A DNA stretch of 40,323 bases from Patescibacteria group bacterium (GTDB lineage: Bacteria > Patescibacteriota > Patescibacteriia > 2-02-FULL-49-11): positions 1 to 40,323 of the forward strand of contig JBFLWV010000017.1 in the NCBI GenBank assembly GCA_040757655.1. The letters run 5' to 3'. Under the pieces are notes generated by a model that was not told where the DNA came from, did no database searches, and saw only the letters and a list, made by a program, of their open reading frames with translations. The position numbers and the translations under genes are program-made. Below are positions 8,687-17,433 of this stretch, piece by piece (position 1 is the stretch's first letter; each line of letters opens with the position of its first letter).

Positions 8687-9761
8687 TAAGATATGGGGTA
8701 CTGCGGTGTATAAGTGAAATTACTGACGAACCATCATCAACAGGAATAGTGCGAGAAAGAGAAGCTGCGAGAGTGTTGCGAGTACGTTCATCTGCTAATA
8801 ATTCCGTAATAGTGGCAATGAGGAGAGAAGGGGTGAGACTCTGTTGAGGTAAAATAAGCGCCGCGCCTGCCTTCGCAAGGAGGGCAGCATTATGCTCTTG
8901 TGGAGAATGAGGAAGAGGAACAAGGATGAGCGGGACACTCATCGCGGCCGCCTCGGCGATCGTTCCCATGCCTGCGCGACTCACAATGATGTCTGCGGCC
9001 GCGTACGCATACACAAGGTCATCGCCAAAAAAAGGCTGCGCGCAGTATCCTGGTAATCGTGGAGCTTGTTGATCAATTGGTGTTCCTGTGCTGTGGAGAA
9101 CATTCACCATAGGAAGGAGGTGATGGATTGATTCATTGATGAGGGTATTCAATATCCTTGCGCCAATGCCTCCGCCAAGGACTAGCATAGTGGGTTTTGA
9201 AACGAATGAGAATCGGCGTAGAGCATCCTTCTTCATCCTCTCCTTTTGGCGTGCCAATGCAACGATGGCGTTCCGTACGGGACACGCAATGGGAGTAAAA
9301 TGGAGAGGGAACGAAAATAACGACCCAAACTGCGAAAGGAAGGGAAGGATGAGGCGATTCGCTAAGCCCAACTGAACGTCAAGCTGCAGTCCAATGGTGG
9401 GGATGCGAAGCAGCCATGCGGCCCACACGAGCGGCACAGAAATGAAACTACCTGAGGAGACTATCGCAGCCGGCCTTTTCCGCGACAGCAAGGAGAGCGC
9501 CTGGATGAATCCGAATGTTATGAATAGCGGATCAATCATCGTTCTCCAGGAGAGATAACGACGAAACTTCCCTCCCCACAGGGGGGTGTAGGGAATCGCA
9601 CGGGCGCGGAGCACATTTCGTTCAGGTCCACGAAATGTGCCGCACCACCACACCTCATTGGTGTATCTTTTTTTGAATTTTTCTATGACACTCATCAACG
9701 GCATGACCGACCCTAGCGTACCGCCCCCTGAAAAAATAACAGGTTTTAAAGCCATACACAT
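8664..9761 (-). CDS. murG: Undecaprenyl-PP-MurNAc-peptide GlcNAc transferase
   Basis: SGGGTLGS, LGGGIGA, SRAGMGTIAE and QEHNA; follows ftsW. Confidence 0.9.
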   Translation of the reverse strand: MCMALKPVIFSGGGTLGSVMPLMSVIEKFKKRYTNEVWWCGTFRGPERNVLRARAIPYTPLWGGKFRRYLSWRTMIDPLFITFGFIQALSLLSRKRPAAIVSSGSFISVPLVWAAWLLRIPTIGLQLDVQLGLANRLILPFLSQFGSLFSFPLHFTPIACPVRNAIVALARQKERMKKDALRRFSFVSKPTMLVLGGGIGARILNTLINESIHHLLPMVNVLHSTGTPIDQQAPRLPGYCAQPFFGDDLVYAYAAADIIVSRAGMGTIAEAAAMSVPLILVPLPHSPQEHNAALLAKAGAALILPQQSLTPSLLIATITELLADERTRNTLAASLSRTIPVDDGSSVISLIHRSTPYLNVREAYA

Positions 9762-9764
9762 GTA

Positions 9765-10880
9765 CTACGCCTTTATGACGGTGGTGCGGGATATGCTCAA
9801 GCAGACTCCGAGAGCTCCCAAGAGACTCAAAATCGCACTTCCCCCAAAACTCACCAAAGGTAAAGGGAGGCCGGTGAGGGGAATGAGCCCCATCATCGCG
9901 GCCATGTTCACAAATGATTGCACACCAATCCAGAGAATCACCCCTACGACAAATAAGCGGCTAAACTCATCTGGCGCTCTCGCGGCGATGCGAAACAAGC
10001 GATGGAGGAGGACACTGAGAACTACGATGAATCCTCCAGAAAGCATAAACCCCCCTTCTTCTCCCATCACCGCGAAGATCGAATCGCCCGCAGATTCTGG
10101 TAGATAGCTAAATTTTTGGCGTGATTTGCCCAATCCTAACCCCCACCAGCCACCAGAACCAATAGCGATCATGGATTGATGGAGGTGATACCCCACCCCG
10201 CGAGGATCCTTTTCTGGACTCAAGAACACTGCGATCCTTTCTGTGCGGTAGGGAGAGATGATGATGGCTGCAGCAAAAAGAATAGACGCGATACAAAAAA
10301 GAGAAACCAAGTGGCTTATTCTTGCGCCCGCAGCATAGTACACGCCAAGTGACATGAGAATGAGAATCGCCGCCGTTCCCGGATCTGGCTGCAGGAGCAC
10401 CAAGAGGGTCAACGCCCCTAAAAGGGTGAGAAATGGCAAGAGACCAAAGAGGGTGCTGCGGAGATGTGCCTTGCGTTTCTTGAACCACACACTGAGGTAG
10501 AGCAAAAAAGTAAGTTTGGCAATTTCCGATGGTTGCAGGGTGCTTACCCCCACATCGATCCAGCTTCTTGCGTTATGGATGCTCACCCCGATGCCTGGAA
10601 TGAACACGCATACGAGTAAAAGCATCGTGACCGCAAAGGCAGGAAATGCAATTTTTTGCCATACGGAAGGAGGGAACCTCGCACTTACGAACATCGCGAT
10701 TAACCCGATAGCGACATTAAGCAGTTGCTGTTTGGTGAAGTAGTAGGTATCACCAAAACGCTCAAAACCTAGTACATTAGATGCAGAGGTGAGCATCACA
10801 AGGCCGAAGGAGGTCAATAGAAGGACTAAACCGAGAAGCTTATAATCAATCGAATGAGCTGTAGAAATTCCTGAACGCAT
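9765..10880 (-). CDS. ftsW: SEDS peptidoglycan polymerase FtsW
   Basis: ARSWI, LQPSEIAK, LQPDPGT, AIGSGG.WGLGLG.S.QKF.YLPE and GLPLPLVSFGGS. Start placed at ATG 10880 because the longer ORF reads through a repeat. Confidence 0.93.
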   Translation of the reverse strand: MRSGISTAHSIDYKLLGLVLLLTSFGLVMLTSASNVLGFERFGDTYYFTKQQLLNVAIGLIAMFVSARFPPSVWQKIAFPAFAVTMLLLVCVFIPGIGVSIHNARSWIDVGVSTLQPSEIAKLTFLLYLSVWFKKRKAHLRSTLFGLLPFLTLLGALTLLVLLQPDPGTAAILILMSLGVYYAAGARISHLVSLFCIASILFAAAIIISPYRTERIAVFLSPEKDPRGVGYHLHQSMIAIGSGGWWGLGLGKSRQKFSYLPESAGDSIFAVMGEEGGFMLSGGFIVVLSVLLHRLFRIAARAPDEFSRLFVVGVILWIGVQSFVNMAAMMGLIPLTGLPLPLVSFGGSAILSLLGALGVCLSISRTTVIKA

Positions 10881-10893
10881 AATAACCTTTTCT

Positions 10894-10991
10894 AAATCCC
10901 AAATCCCAATGTCCAATATCCAATAAAATCCCAATACTTCAATGACCAATTTTAGGATTTTGGATTTGGAACTTTATTGGAAATTGGGATT
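10894..10991. repeat. Inverted heptamer-period repeat block
   Basis: aaatccc aaatccc aatgtcc aatatcc..., followed by a complementary arm tttggat ttggaac..tggaaat tgggatt. Confidence 0.8.
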
Positions 10992-10993
10992 TC

Positions 10994-12121
10994 TCAATGA
11001 AGTGCTATCCATAATCCCACCATTACCATAATCGCGTTAATAACCCACGCGCGCATAACAATTTTTTCTTCGCTCCAACCGCGCGCTTCAAAATGATGGT
11101 GGAGGGGCGAGAGGGCGAAAATCCTTCGGTTTAAAATCCTTCTGCCGAACGATTGGATGATGACGCTGAATAAATCTAAGAAAAAGACAAAACCGAATAA
11201 AGGAAGCACGAGTATTCTGTTTTGCGCAATAGCCATAACCGCCAGCAACGCCCCTAACCCTAATGAGCCGACATCACCCATCTGAAATCGCGCAGGTTTA
11301 ATATTAAAGTACGTGTACGTAAGTAAACTTCCAATAGCCATGGCGTTCAAGATCGCAAAAAAAATATTTCCCTGAATCCAGGCAAGGATCAGCAGGCCCC
11401 CAAATGCCGTTATCAACGTACCGCCAGCCAGTCCGTCCAAACCATCCGCCACATTGACTGCGTTTGCCGTCGCCATGACGGTAAGAATGATAAAAGGAAC
11501 GAGTAAAATCCCTAATGCCAACTCTCCATTCCACGGAATCCATATTGCCCGCCATTCTGGGCCGAGTTTCACGTAAATCCACCACGCGGTCATCGCACCG
11601 GCGAGAAATTGGAATAAAATTTTCTCGTGTGCCTGGATGCCCTTGCCGGGGTACGATCCTAAATGAAAGAAAAAACGCTTATACGCCACCCAAGGAAGGC
11701 TCACAAGGTAATAAAGACGCATCCACCAATACCGGTGGACACGAGTCAGCTTCACCACGCGCTCAAACGAACGCATCGACCGGCGGCTGCCAAAAATATT
11801 GAGCACGTCGTCAATGCCGCCCAACGCGCTGGAGAGCAACATCACGCCGATTGGCACCCAGGTAAATCGCTGATTCCAATTAAACGCGATGCTCAACACT
11901 GCTACGGTTACAATCACGAGCAGGCCGCCCATGATAGGCGTCCCACGTTTTGTCTCGCGACCGGGCAGGGGTAAGGCAAACACGTGATCACTGGTGCGCA
12001 GAATTTTCCAGCGGTACAATGCCGTCGTGAGCAGCGGCGCCCAGGCGAATGTAAAAACGCAGGCGAGGATAAGAAAACCAAGACTGGTAATGATAATTGA
12101 CAAATTCAACATGACATTCAA
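10994..12121 (-). CDS. mraY: Phospho-MurNAc-pentapeptide transferase
   Basis: KRGTPIMGG, GGIDD, NAVNVADGLDGL, QMGDVGSLGLG and PLHHHFEARGWSE. Confidence 0.95.
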   Translation of the reverse strand: MNVMLNLSIIITSLGFLILACVFTFAWAPLLTTALYRWKILRTSDHVFALPLPGRETKRGTPIMGGLLVIVTVAVLSIAFNWNQRFTWVPIGVMLLSSALGGIDDVLNIFGSRRSMRSFERVVKLTRVHRYWWMRLYYLVSLPWVAYKRFFFHLGSYPGKGIQAHEKILFQFLAGAMTAWWIYVKLGPEWRAIWIPWNGELALGILLVPFIILTVMATANAVNVADGLDGLAGGTLITAFGGLLILAWIQGNIFFAILNAMAIGSLLTYTYFNIKPARFQMGDVGSLGLGALLAVMAIAQNRILVLPLFGFVFFLDLFSVIIQSFGRRILNRRIFALSPLHHHFEARGWSEEKIVMRAWVINAIMVMVGLWIALH

Positions 12122-12327
12122 AAACTCAAAACTTAGAACTTAAATCTCAAAGCCATATCTCAAATCTTAAAACTGACCGCCACAGGGTCATTCCGAGCTC
12201 TGTCGAGGAATCTCCAACGAATGTTGGCTCACATACGTGAGAGATTTTTCCCCTCGCCAAGACGGAGTCAGAATGACGTGTGGATATTGGGTTTTGAGTT
12301 GTGGTTTTGAGTTTTGATATTTGAGTT
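12120..12327. repeat. Composite repeat: heptamer arms flanking a REP-like GTCATTCCG...GAATGAC element (12187-12277)
   Basis: Left arm aaaactc aaaactt agaactt aaatctc; right arm gttttgagtt..gttttga gttttga tatttga; internal palindromic pair. Confidence 0.75.
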
Positions 12328-13078
12328 ACATAAGCACTTTAAGTCTAAAAATCCCATTCCTTTCTCTCTCCTCCCTCCACCCTTCCTGTGTCGGCTGCCT
12401 TCTCTGCCAAATGAATTGCCATTCCTGATCGGCAAGATCGGCAGTAGGATTCGTTATAACTATCTTCTCCCGCCTGAATCCAGAGTCCAGATCGAAAAAT
12501 CGGCCAGTGGAATGAACAAATGTAAACGCTGTCAAAATATTAGCATCATTCCTTTCTGTTTTCTCAACTAATAAAACATGTTTGCCGCCGCGCGTGCGGA
12601 TAAGATCGCCCGGGGCAATATCAGCTAATGAGACGGCGGCACTCTGTGTCGGCGCAGTTAAGATGGATACGTCAATATTACTAAACGGTCGGAAGCGTAA
12701 TAATAATTTTCGCTTCAATGAATTGACGCCGCGCGCCAACACGTTTCCCAACGACTTGCCAGTTTTCTCACGTACACATGGATCTAAAGCATGTGCAACT
12801 AAACCAGAGCAGTCAATGCCGATATTCTCTTTTATCATAAACTTCCTCATCTCCTCTGCGGTCAACCGCCCAAAATCCAATCGCAATTGCAACGCCCGCA
12901 TCCTCACTTCTTCAATTATTTCTTCCGGCGAACCCTTGCCGGAATCTACTGCCGCTGCTGCCCGCTGCCGTTTGCCAGAGTTATAATAAGGACATACCAC
13001 ATATCGCCCTTGGCCGAAATCGAGAGCTTCATAAGCGCGGATTATCTTCTGACAGCATGTGGGCAAAGTGGAAATCAT
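12326..13078 (-). CDS. NlpC/P60 (C40)-like cysteine peptidase
   Basis: GIDCSGLV (catalytic Cys) and PGDLI....KHVLLV (His). Start placed at ATG 13078 because the ORF-track extension is repeat-derived. Confidence 0.7.
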   Translation of the reverse strand: MISTLPTCCQKIIRAYEALDFGQGRYVVCPYYNSGKRQRAAAAVDSGKGSPEEIIEEVRMRALQLRLDFGRLTAEEMRKFMIKENIGIDCSGLVAHALDPCVREKTGKSLGNVLARGVNSLKRKLLLRFRPFSNIDVSILTAPTQSAAVSLADIAPGDLIRTRGGKHVLLVEKTERNDANILTAFTFVHSTGRFFDLDSGFRREKIVITNPTADLADQEWQFIWQRRQPTQEGWREERERNGIFRLKVLM

Positions 13079-13080
13079 AA

Positions 13081-13193
13081 TTTTCAATTTCCAATTCTCA
13101 ATTTTCAATTAATGAATCAATGCTTCAATTTTCAAACGTTTGAAAATAGTCATTGGAAATTATTTGGAAATTGGAAATTGAACATTGAAAATT
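13081..13193. repeat. Inverted heptamer-period repeat block
   Basis: ttttcaa tttccaa ttctcaa ttttcaa ... central dyad TTTTCAAACGTTTGAAAA ... ttggaaa ttggaaa ttgaaca ttgaaaa. Confidence 0.85.
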
Positions 13194-13219
13194 TGGTACC
13201 TAACTTAGAGAGAAGACTA

Positions 13220-14608
13220 CTACCTAAGATTAGACCTAATCTTCGTCACAACATCTGATATATTCCCATGGAACGTGTCCACTATACCCTGTTTTGATTG
13301 AATTCTCAAGAGCTCACCACCGGGCGGCACGAATGTGTCCTTCCCTTCCGAAAACGCCAATACTTCCTCTTGCTCCGTTTCTAGAATACTCGTTGCCGAC
13401 GCGACAAAATGTAAACCAGAACCAGTCAAAATATACCTACCTGGTTGGATTTCTTGTTTCAACCTGACGGGAGACATTTCTGTATTGCGAAAAAAAACTT
13501 GAGAACCATTCAATTGTCCCGAAGGGACTCCATAGTTTTGAGTTTTGCCTGCCCCGTAGGGTCCGACGTCATGTCGGACTCCTACGGGGAGTTTTGACCC
13601 CGTACCAAAAGCTTCGCTTCGGTACGGGGCATGGTTTTGAACTAACGCTACGACATGCCAATCCATTATCGTAACATCATCTCCTCTCGCTCGCTGCAAC
13701 TGTGCTTCCAGACTTGCAGATGCTGGCTGACGAGCATTGATCTCAATGAGGTAGGCGGTATGGCTTGAGTTTCCGTCTGGTATAATAACGTCAATACCAA
13801 ATAAACCCTTCCATCCTTCCTGCATCATATATTCACCAATCTTGATAGCAATATTTTTCACTTTTTCATGCACATCTTCACTGACACTGCTCCAATCATT
13901 CCCCACGGTTGCACATGGATTGTTCGTAAGCGCTGAAATGCCAGTCATTTGTTCACTCGCCCGCCCCCACAGCACGCGCGTGCCTGCGATGCACGCATTC
14001 ATCGTAAAACTCTTCCCTTGGATATACTCCGAGACTTTTACCATTCGTTTTGAAAATTTGTTAACTTCATTCTTCCATTCGTGTGCGCCAAAAATGCGTT
14101 TTGTTCCGGATCCTGTATGACCAATATTATACTGGAGTACAAATCCATTTCCAAACTCACGTTGTAAATGATTATATTCAAATTGACCAACGGTACCAAC
14201 CGCGCTTTTTGGCGTGAGGGGTTCCAGAGAGTTATTTTTTTCTTCCCGTAGCCATGCATATTGAGTGATCTTGTTCTCGATTTTTTCTGCGAGATGTGCA
14301 GATGGATTTAACAATCGCCAACCCAATATTTCGCACTCTTGCTCAATCTGACGAGAATTTTTAAAGACAATGATATCTGATTGAGCATCTTTCGCGATGT
14401 GCTCAATACGTTCTTGCACTCCTTTGTTCCGCATCAAATCAAGAGTGGATAACGTTCCCTCTCCATTGACTACGAGAACGGAGGAAGTATATTTCTTCTG
14501 CAACGCTACTGCCAGCGGACTTGAATTTGTTATGACAAAGAGATCCTCCCTCGCTCCCAAGAGGCCTGCGGCGCGCTCTATATCTCGAGTTATGTAAAAT
14601 AGTGCCAT
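13220..14608 (-). CDS. ATP-grasp ligase of unknown substrate
   Basis: GHTGSGT loop, SEYIQG, GLFGIDVI and YLIEINAR (ExN metal-binding motif). Confidence 0.85.
   Translation of the reverse strand: MALFYITRDIERAAGLLGAREDLFVITNSSPLAVALQKKYTSSVLVVNGEGTLSTLDLMRNKGVQERIEHIAKDAQSDIIVFKNSRQIEQECEILGWRLLNPSAHLAEKIENKITQYAWLREEKNNSLEPLTPKSAVGTVGQFEYNHLQREFGNGFVLQYNIGHTGSGTKRIFGAHEWKNEVNKFSKRMVKVSEYIQGKSFTMNACIAGTRVLWGRASEQMTGISALTNNPCATVGNDWSSVSEDVHEKVKNIAIKIGEYMMQEGWKGLFGIDVIIPDGNSSHTAYLIEINARQPASASLEAQLQRARGDDVTIMDWHVVALVQNHAPYRSEAFGTGSKLPVGVRHDVGPYGAGKTQNYGVPSGQLNGSQVFFRNTEMSPVRLKQEIQPGRYILTGSGLHFVASATSILETEQEEVLAFSEGKDTFVPPGGELLRIQSKQGIVDTFHGNISDVVTKIRSNLR
13516..13629. repeat. Palindromic REP-like elements inserted in frame in the ATP-grasp gene
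   Basis: CCCCGTAGG-GTCCGAC-gtcat-GTCGGAC-t-CCTACGGGG (13552-13589), CCCCGTACC...GGTACGGGG (13598-13629) and GTCCCgaaGGGAC (13516-13528). Confidence 0.8.
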
Positions 14609-14609
14609 A

Positions 14610-15536
14610 CTACTTCCCGGTAAATATGAGTACCACAGGTTCCGCGATATGCCATCCTTTCCTTAACGCCTTCCGTAAGCCCGCCAGCGCCATTGCGTCT
14701 TCAGCCGATACCTCCTTCATTCCCGTCGATCGTTCAATCTGCAATCTGCAATCTGCAATTTCACTATCCCCCACTACCCACCCCCACCCTCCACTCTCCT
14801 TGATTGCCTGTACCACGTGTGCTTTACGATGCGCCACACGATCCACAATGGCAGATGCGAGAGATGTTTTCGTAGGCTCAAAATCGTGGTCAAACTCACC
14901 GGCAAGGGGATGGACTTTTGTAGTTTGTACGATATGCAATTTTGGATTGTGGATCCCGCGACTTGGCTCGAGACAAGCTTTGGATTTTGGATTTTCTTGA
15001 AATCCCTGCCATACACCTATCAGTAATGTCCCAGATGAAACTGCGCAAAAAATATAGCCAGCTGTTCCTTGCAGTTGTTCCTGTAGTTCACGTGACAATG
15101 TCCGATAACCCCCCAAGAAATCATCATCTGTTGAAGCACGCAATAACCGGATATGGCGCGTTTTGCTGTAACGTAGCGCGTCCCCTCTTGCCTTTATTGA
15201 CCACTGCACGGTGGTATTATCAGTCTTAAAACCTTCCAATCGCTTTTTTTTATCAAAAGGTAGATGGGGAGGAAAAAATATAGTAAGCCTTATTTCAGGA
15301 TGGTATCGTGCGTAATATGCAGCAGAAATGCCAAAATTACCAGAAGAACTTAAACAAAATTCTCTTTCACCTGTACCAATGACTGTATCGAGATAGGTGA
15401 ATAATGCCCTGTCCTTATGCGATCCAGAGGGATTGAGATCCTCTCTTTTAATGAATACATCTGAACAAAGCTCCTCGAGGGGAGAAATTTTAATGAGCGG
15501 TGTCGGATAGTATATGTGTTGCATGGTCAGAGGCAT
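14610..15536 (-). CDS. PLP-dependent fold-type II enzyme (threonine synthase/dehydratase-like)
   Basis: FIKREDLNPSGSHKDR (PLP Lys), SSSGNFG, AVSSGT and VLIFTG; only 1 bp from the ATP-grasp start. Confidence 0.85.
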   Translation of the reverse strand: MPLTMQHIYYPTPLIKISPLEELCSDVFIKREDLNPSGSHKDRALFTYLDTVIGTGEREFCLSSSGNFGISAAYYARYHPEIRLTIFFPPHLPFDKKKRLEGFKTDNTTVQWSIKARGDALRYSKTRHIRLLRASTDDDFLGGYRTLSRELQEQLQGTAGYIFCAVSSGTLLIGVWQGFQENPKSKACLEPSRGIHNPKLHIVQTTKVHPLAGEFDHDFEPTKTSLASAIVDRVAHRKAHVVQAIKESGGWGWVVGDSEIADCRLQIERSTGMKEVSAEDAMALAGLRKALRKGWHIAEPVVLIFTGK

Positions 15537-15578
15537 CTGCAGTATACTGGATAGGTATTAAATATTGATAATTTTCCT

Positions 15579-15749
15579 ATGGATTATTCTACTATCTGTC
15601 CAGAATGTAAAAATGAATTACATGTTGAGAGAAATTCTTTGGTGGAAAATGATGTGGTTGAATGCGACTATTGCGGCATGACTCTTGAGGTTACGGCAGT
15701 TGATCCGCAAGGATCATTTGAAACGCTCGTGGTGGAGGAAGAGAAATAA
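15579..15749 (+). CDS. LysW-like small acidic zinc-ribbon protein (56 aa, below the ORF-track cutoff)
   Basis: MDYSTICPECKNELHVERNSLVENDVVECDYCGMTLEVTAVDPQGSFETLVVEEEK has the LysW pattern CPEC..VECxxCGxxLEV..DP but ends in EEEK, not EDWGE. Confidence 0.8.
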   Translation: MDYSTICPECKNELHVERNSLVENDVVECDYCGMTLEVTAVDPQGSFETLVVEEEK

Positions 15750-15781
15750 TAAGAATCGAACTCAAATCTCAAAATGCAGGT

Positions 15782-15810
15782 ATGTCGTCCCGACGGAGTC
15801 GGGACGACAT
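15782..15810. terminator. Perfect 13-bp hairpin between convergent lysW-like and mpl-like genes, embedded in heptamer arms
   Basis: ATGTCGTCCCGAC-gga-GTCGGGACGACAT. It could be a terminator or a REP-type element. Confidence 0.5.
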
Positions 15811-15840
15811 CATTTTGATCTTTGACTTTTGATTTTTGCA

Positions 15841-17277
15841 TTAAGCCCTTGAGGATGATAAGGCTGTCAGTGTTTGCTCAATCATGCCTCTGAAACCATG
15901 GGAGCCCATGAATACTACTACATCGCCCGGTTGGGCGATTTTTGTAATGCGCGCAACGAGCGTGCCATCTTCTGGCTCATACATTACTCCTTTCGAGGAA
16001 GAAGATGTGCTTCCTCTTCCCGCCTGAATCACCGTGGCGAGCTTTACACCATCCATACGCTCCTCCTCATCTTTTCCTGTTTTGGCGATGGAGAGGCGTG
16101 GAATCATGACGACGTCAGCATCCCTAAAGGCATTCTGATACAGAGGCTCTGTTGAAGCAACTCTATTCCCCACATTTGGCTCAAAAACCGCAATGATTTT
16201 AGAGTGAGGGAAGTGCAGCCGCAATCCCTTGAGCGTGGTTGCTGCCTTGGCCGGTGAATGGGCAAAATCGTCAACCACTGTCACTTCCTGTATATTTCCT
16301 CGAACTTCCATTCGCCGCCTCACCCCTTTAAACGTTTCCACTGCTCGTAGAATGGCATCTGTGGGGATGCCGCAATAGCGCGCCAATCCAACTGCACCCG
16401 CGAAGTGATCAAGATTTAAGTCCCCTAACACAGAACAATGGCACGGTCCAATTGTTTCACCGCGCGCGCCGTGAAAGGTAAGCGTTACGCCGTTTTTGTC
16501 GCGTGCGAGTATTTCTAGTGACCAATCGGCATATCCCTCACCCCTCCGATTGTATGAGAGAACAGAAGCGCGCGCCTCCTCAAGAACCGTGCTCGTATGA
16601 GGACGCTCCATCGCAGCTACAATAAGCCCCTCAGGGGGAATACTACGGATGAGCATGTTAAACACCTTCAGATAACTCTCCTCGGTGGTGTATACATCTG
16701 CGTGATCCCACGCAGCGCCGGTGAGCAACACGTACTTCGGTCGATAATAGGAAAATTTCGGCACGAGATTCCACCGACTGCTGGGGTATTCGTCTCCCTC
16801 CACCACTGACCACTGGCTGTCGGCTATGCGGACGCCGTCCTGGAAATTACGCACCAGACCCCCCACCATATACGAGGGGCGCCTGTCAGCCATTTCCCAT
16901 ATCCAGGCAAGGAGCGCCGTGGTCAGTGTTTTCCCATACGTACCCGCCACGATAATTGATTCGTGTCGTATGAGAAATTGGGATAATATTTCAGGATAGG
17001 AATGGAAGGGTATGCCCCTCTCCCTCACCGCAACATATTCAGGGTTCGAGGTGCCAATATAATTTCCCACCACTACCAACTGAGGGTTCCCCATACGTTC
17101 TGGGTGAAACCCTACATAGAAATCGATCGCATTCTGTTTCAAATAATCTGACATGGGCGGGAAAATGCCTTTATCAGAACCAGTCACACGCCATCCCTGA
17201 TCCCGCAGCGCTTTTGCGAGCGGCGCCATGGCAGTGCCACATATTCCTATAAAATGAACATGCTTTCTTTCAATCAT
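15841..17277 (-). CDS. mpl: Mpl-like murein peptide ligase (MurC paralog)
   Basis: HFIGICGTAM, GSDKGIFPPMS, GTYGKT, EGDEY, DHADVY, GVRRRME, DDFAHSP and VFEP. Confidence 0.8.
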   Translation of the reverse strand: MIERKHVHFIGICGTAMAPLAKALRDQGWRVTGSDKGIFPPMSDYLKQNAIDFYVGFHPERMGNPQLVVVGNYIGTSNPEYVAVRERGIPFHSYPEILSQFLIRHESIIVAGTYGKTLTTALLAWIWEMADRRPSYMVGGLVRNFQDGVRIADSQWSVVEGDEYPSSRWNLVPKFSYYRPKYVLLTGAAWDHADVYTTEESYLKVFNMLIRSIPPEGLIVAAMERPHTSTVLEEARASVLSYNRRGEGYADWSLEILARDKNGVTLTFHGARGETIGPCHCSVLGDLNLDHFAGAVGLARYCGIPTDAILRAVETFKGVRRRMEVRGNIQEVTVVDDFAHSPAKAATTLKGLRLHFPHSKIIAVFEPNVGNRVASTEPLYQNAFRDADVVMIPRLSIAKTGKDEEERMDGVKLATVIQAGRGSTSSSSKGVMYEPEDGTLVARITKIAQPGDVVVFMGSHGFRGMIEQTLTALSSSRA

Positions 17278-17310
17278 AGTTAGTTTTTGTAAGAATTCCT
17301 TTCCCTTAGA

Positions 17311-17433
17311 TTTTCAAATCCAAATTTCAAAATCCAAATGTCAAATAAAATCTCAAGCTCAAATGTCCAATGTCAAATTTGACATTGAGATTTTGGATTT
17401 TATTTGAACTTTGAACTTTGGATTTGGGATTTT
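17311..17433. repeat. Inverted heptamer-period repeat block
   Basis: aaatcc aaatttc aaaatcc aaatgtc ... dyad AATGTCAAATTTGACATT ... tttgaac tttgaac tttggat ttgggat. Confidence 0.8.

Noticed and set aside
10881-10949. N-terminal extensions given by the ORF track for FtsW (also NlpC 13079-13108 and PilM 25781-25801)
   Set aside because: They are translations of heptamer repeats (e.g. WILDIGIWDL, KIENWKLKI); downstream ATGs give normal N-termini.
14610-15536. Naming the PLP enzyme thrC or cysK
   Set aside because: Only the fold-II motifs are evident, and no thrA/thrB or cysE context supports a specific reaction.
13220-15749. Canonical LysW-dependent lysine/arginine biosynthesis
   Set aside because: There is no EDWGE terminus and no lysZ/Y/J/K, and the 462-aa ATP-grasp protein is much longer than LysX/RimK.
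10894-17433. Repeat blocks as a CRISPR array
   Set aside because: Units are 7-bp tandem or inverted repeats without unique spacers, and there are no cas genes in the window.
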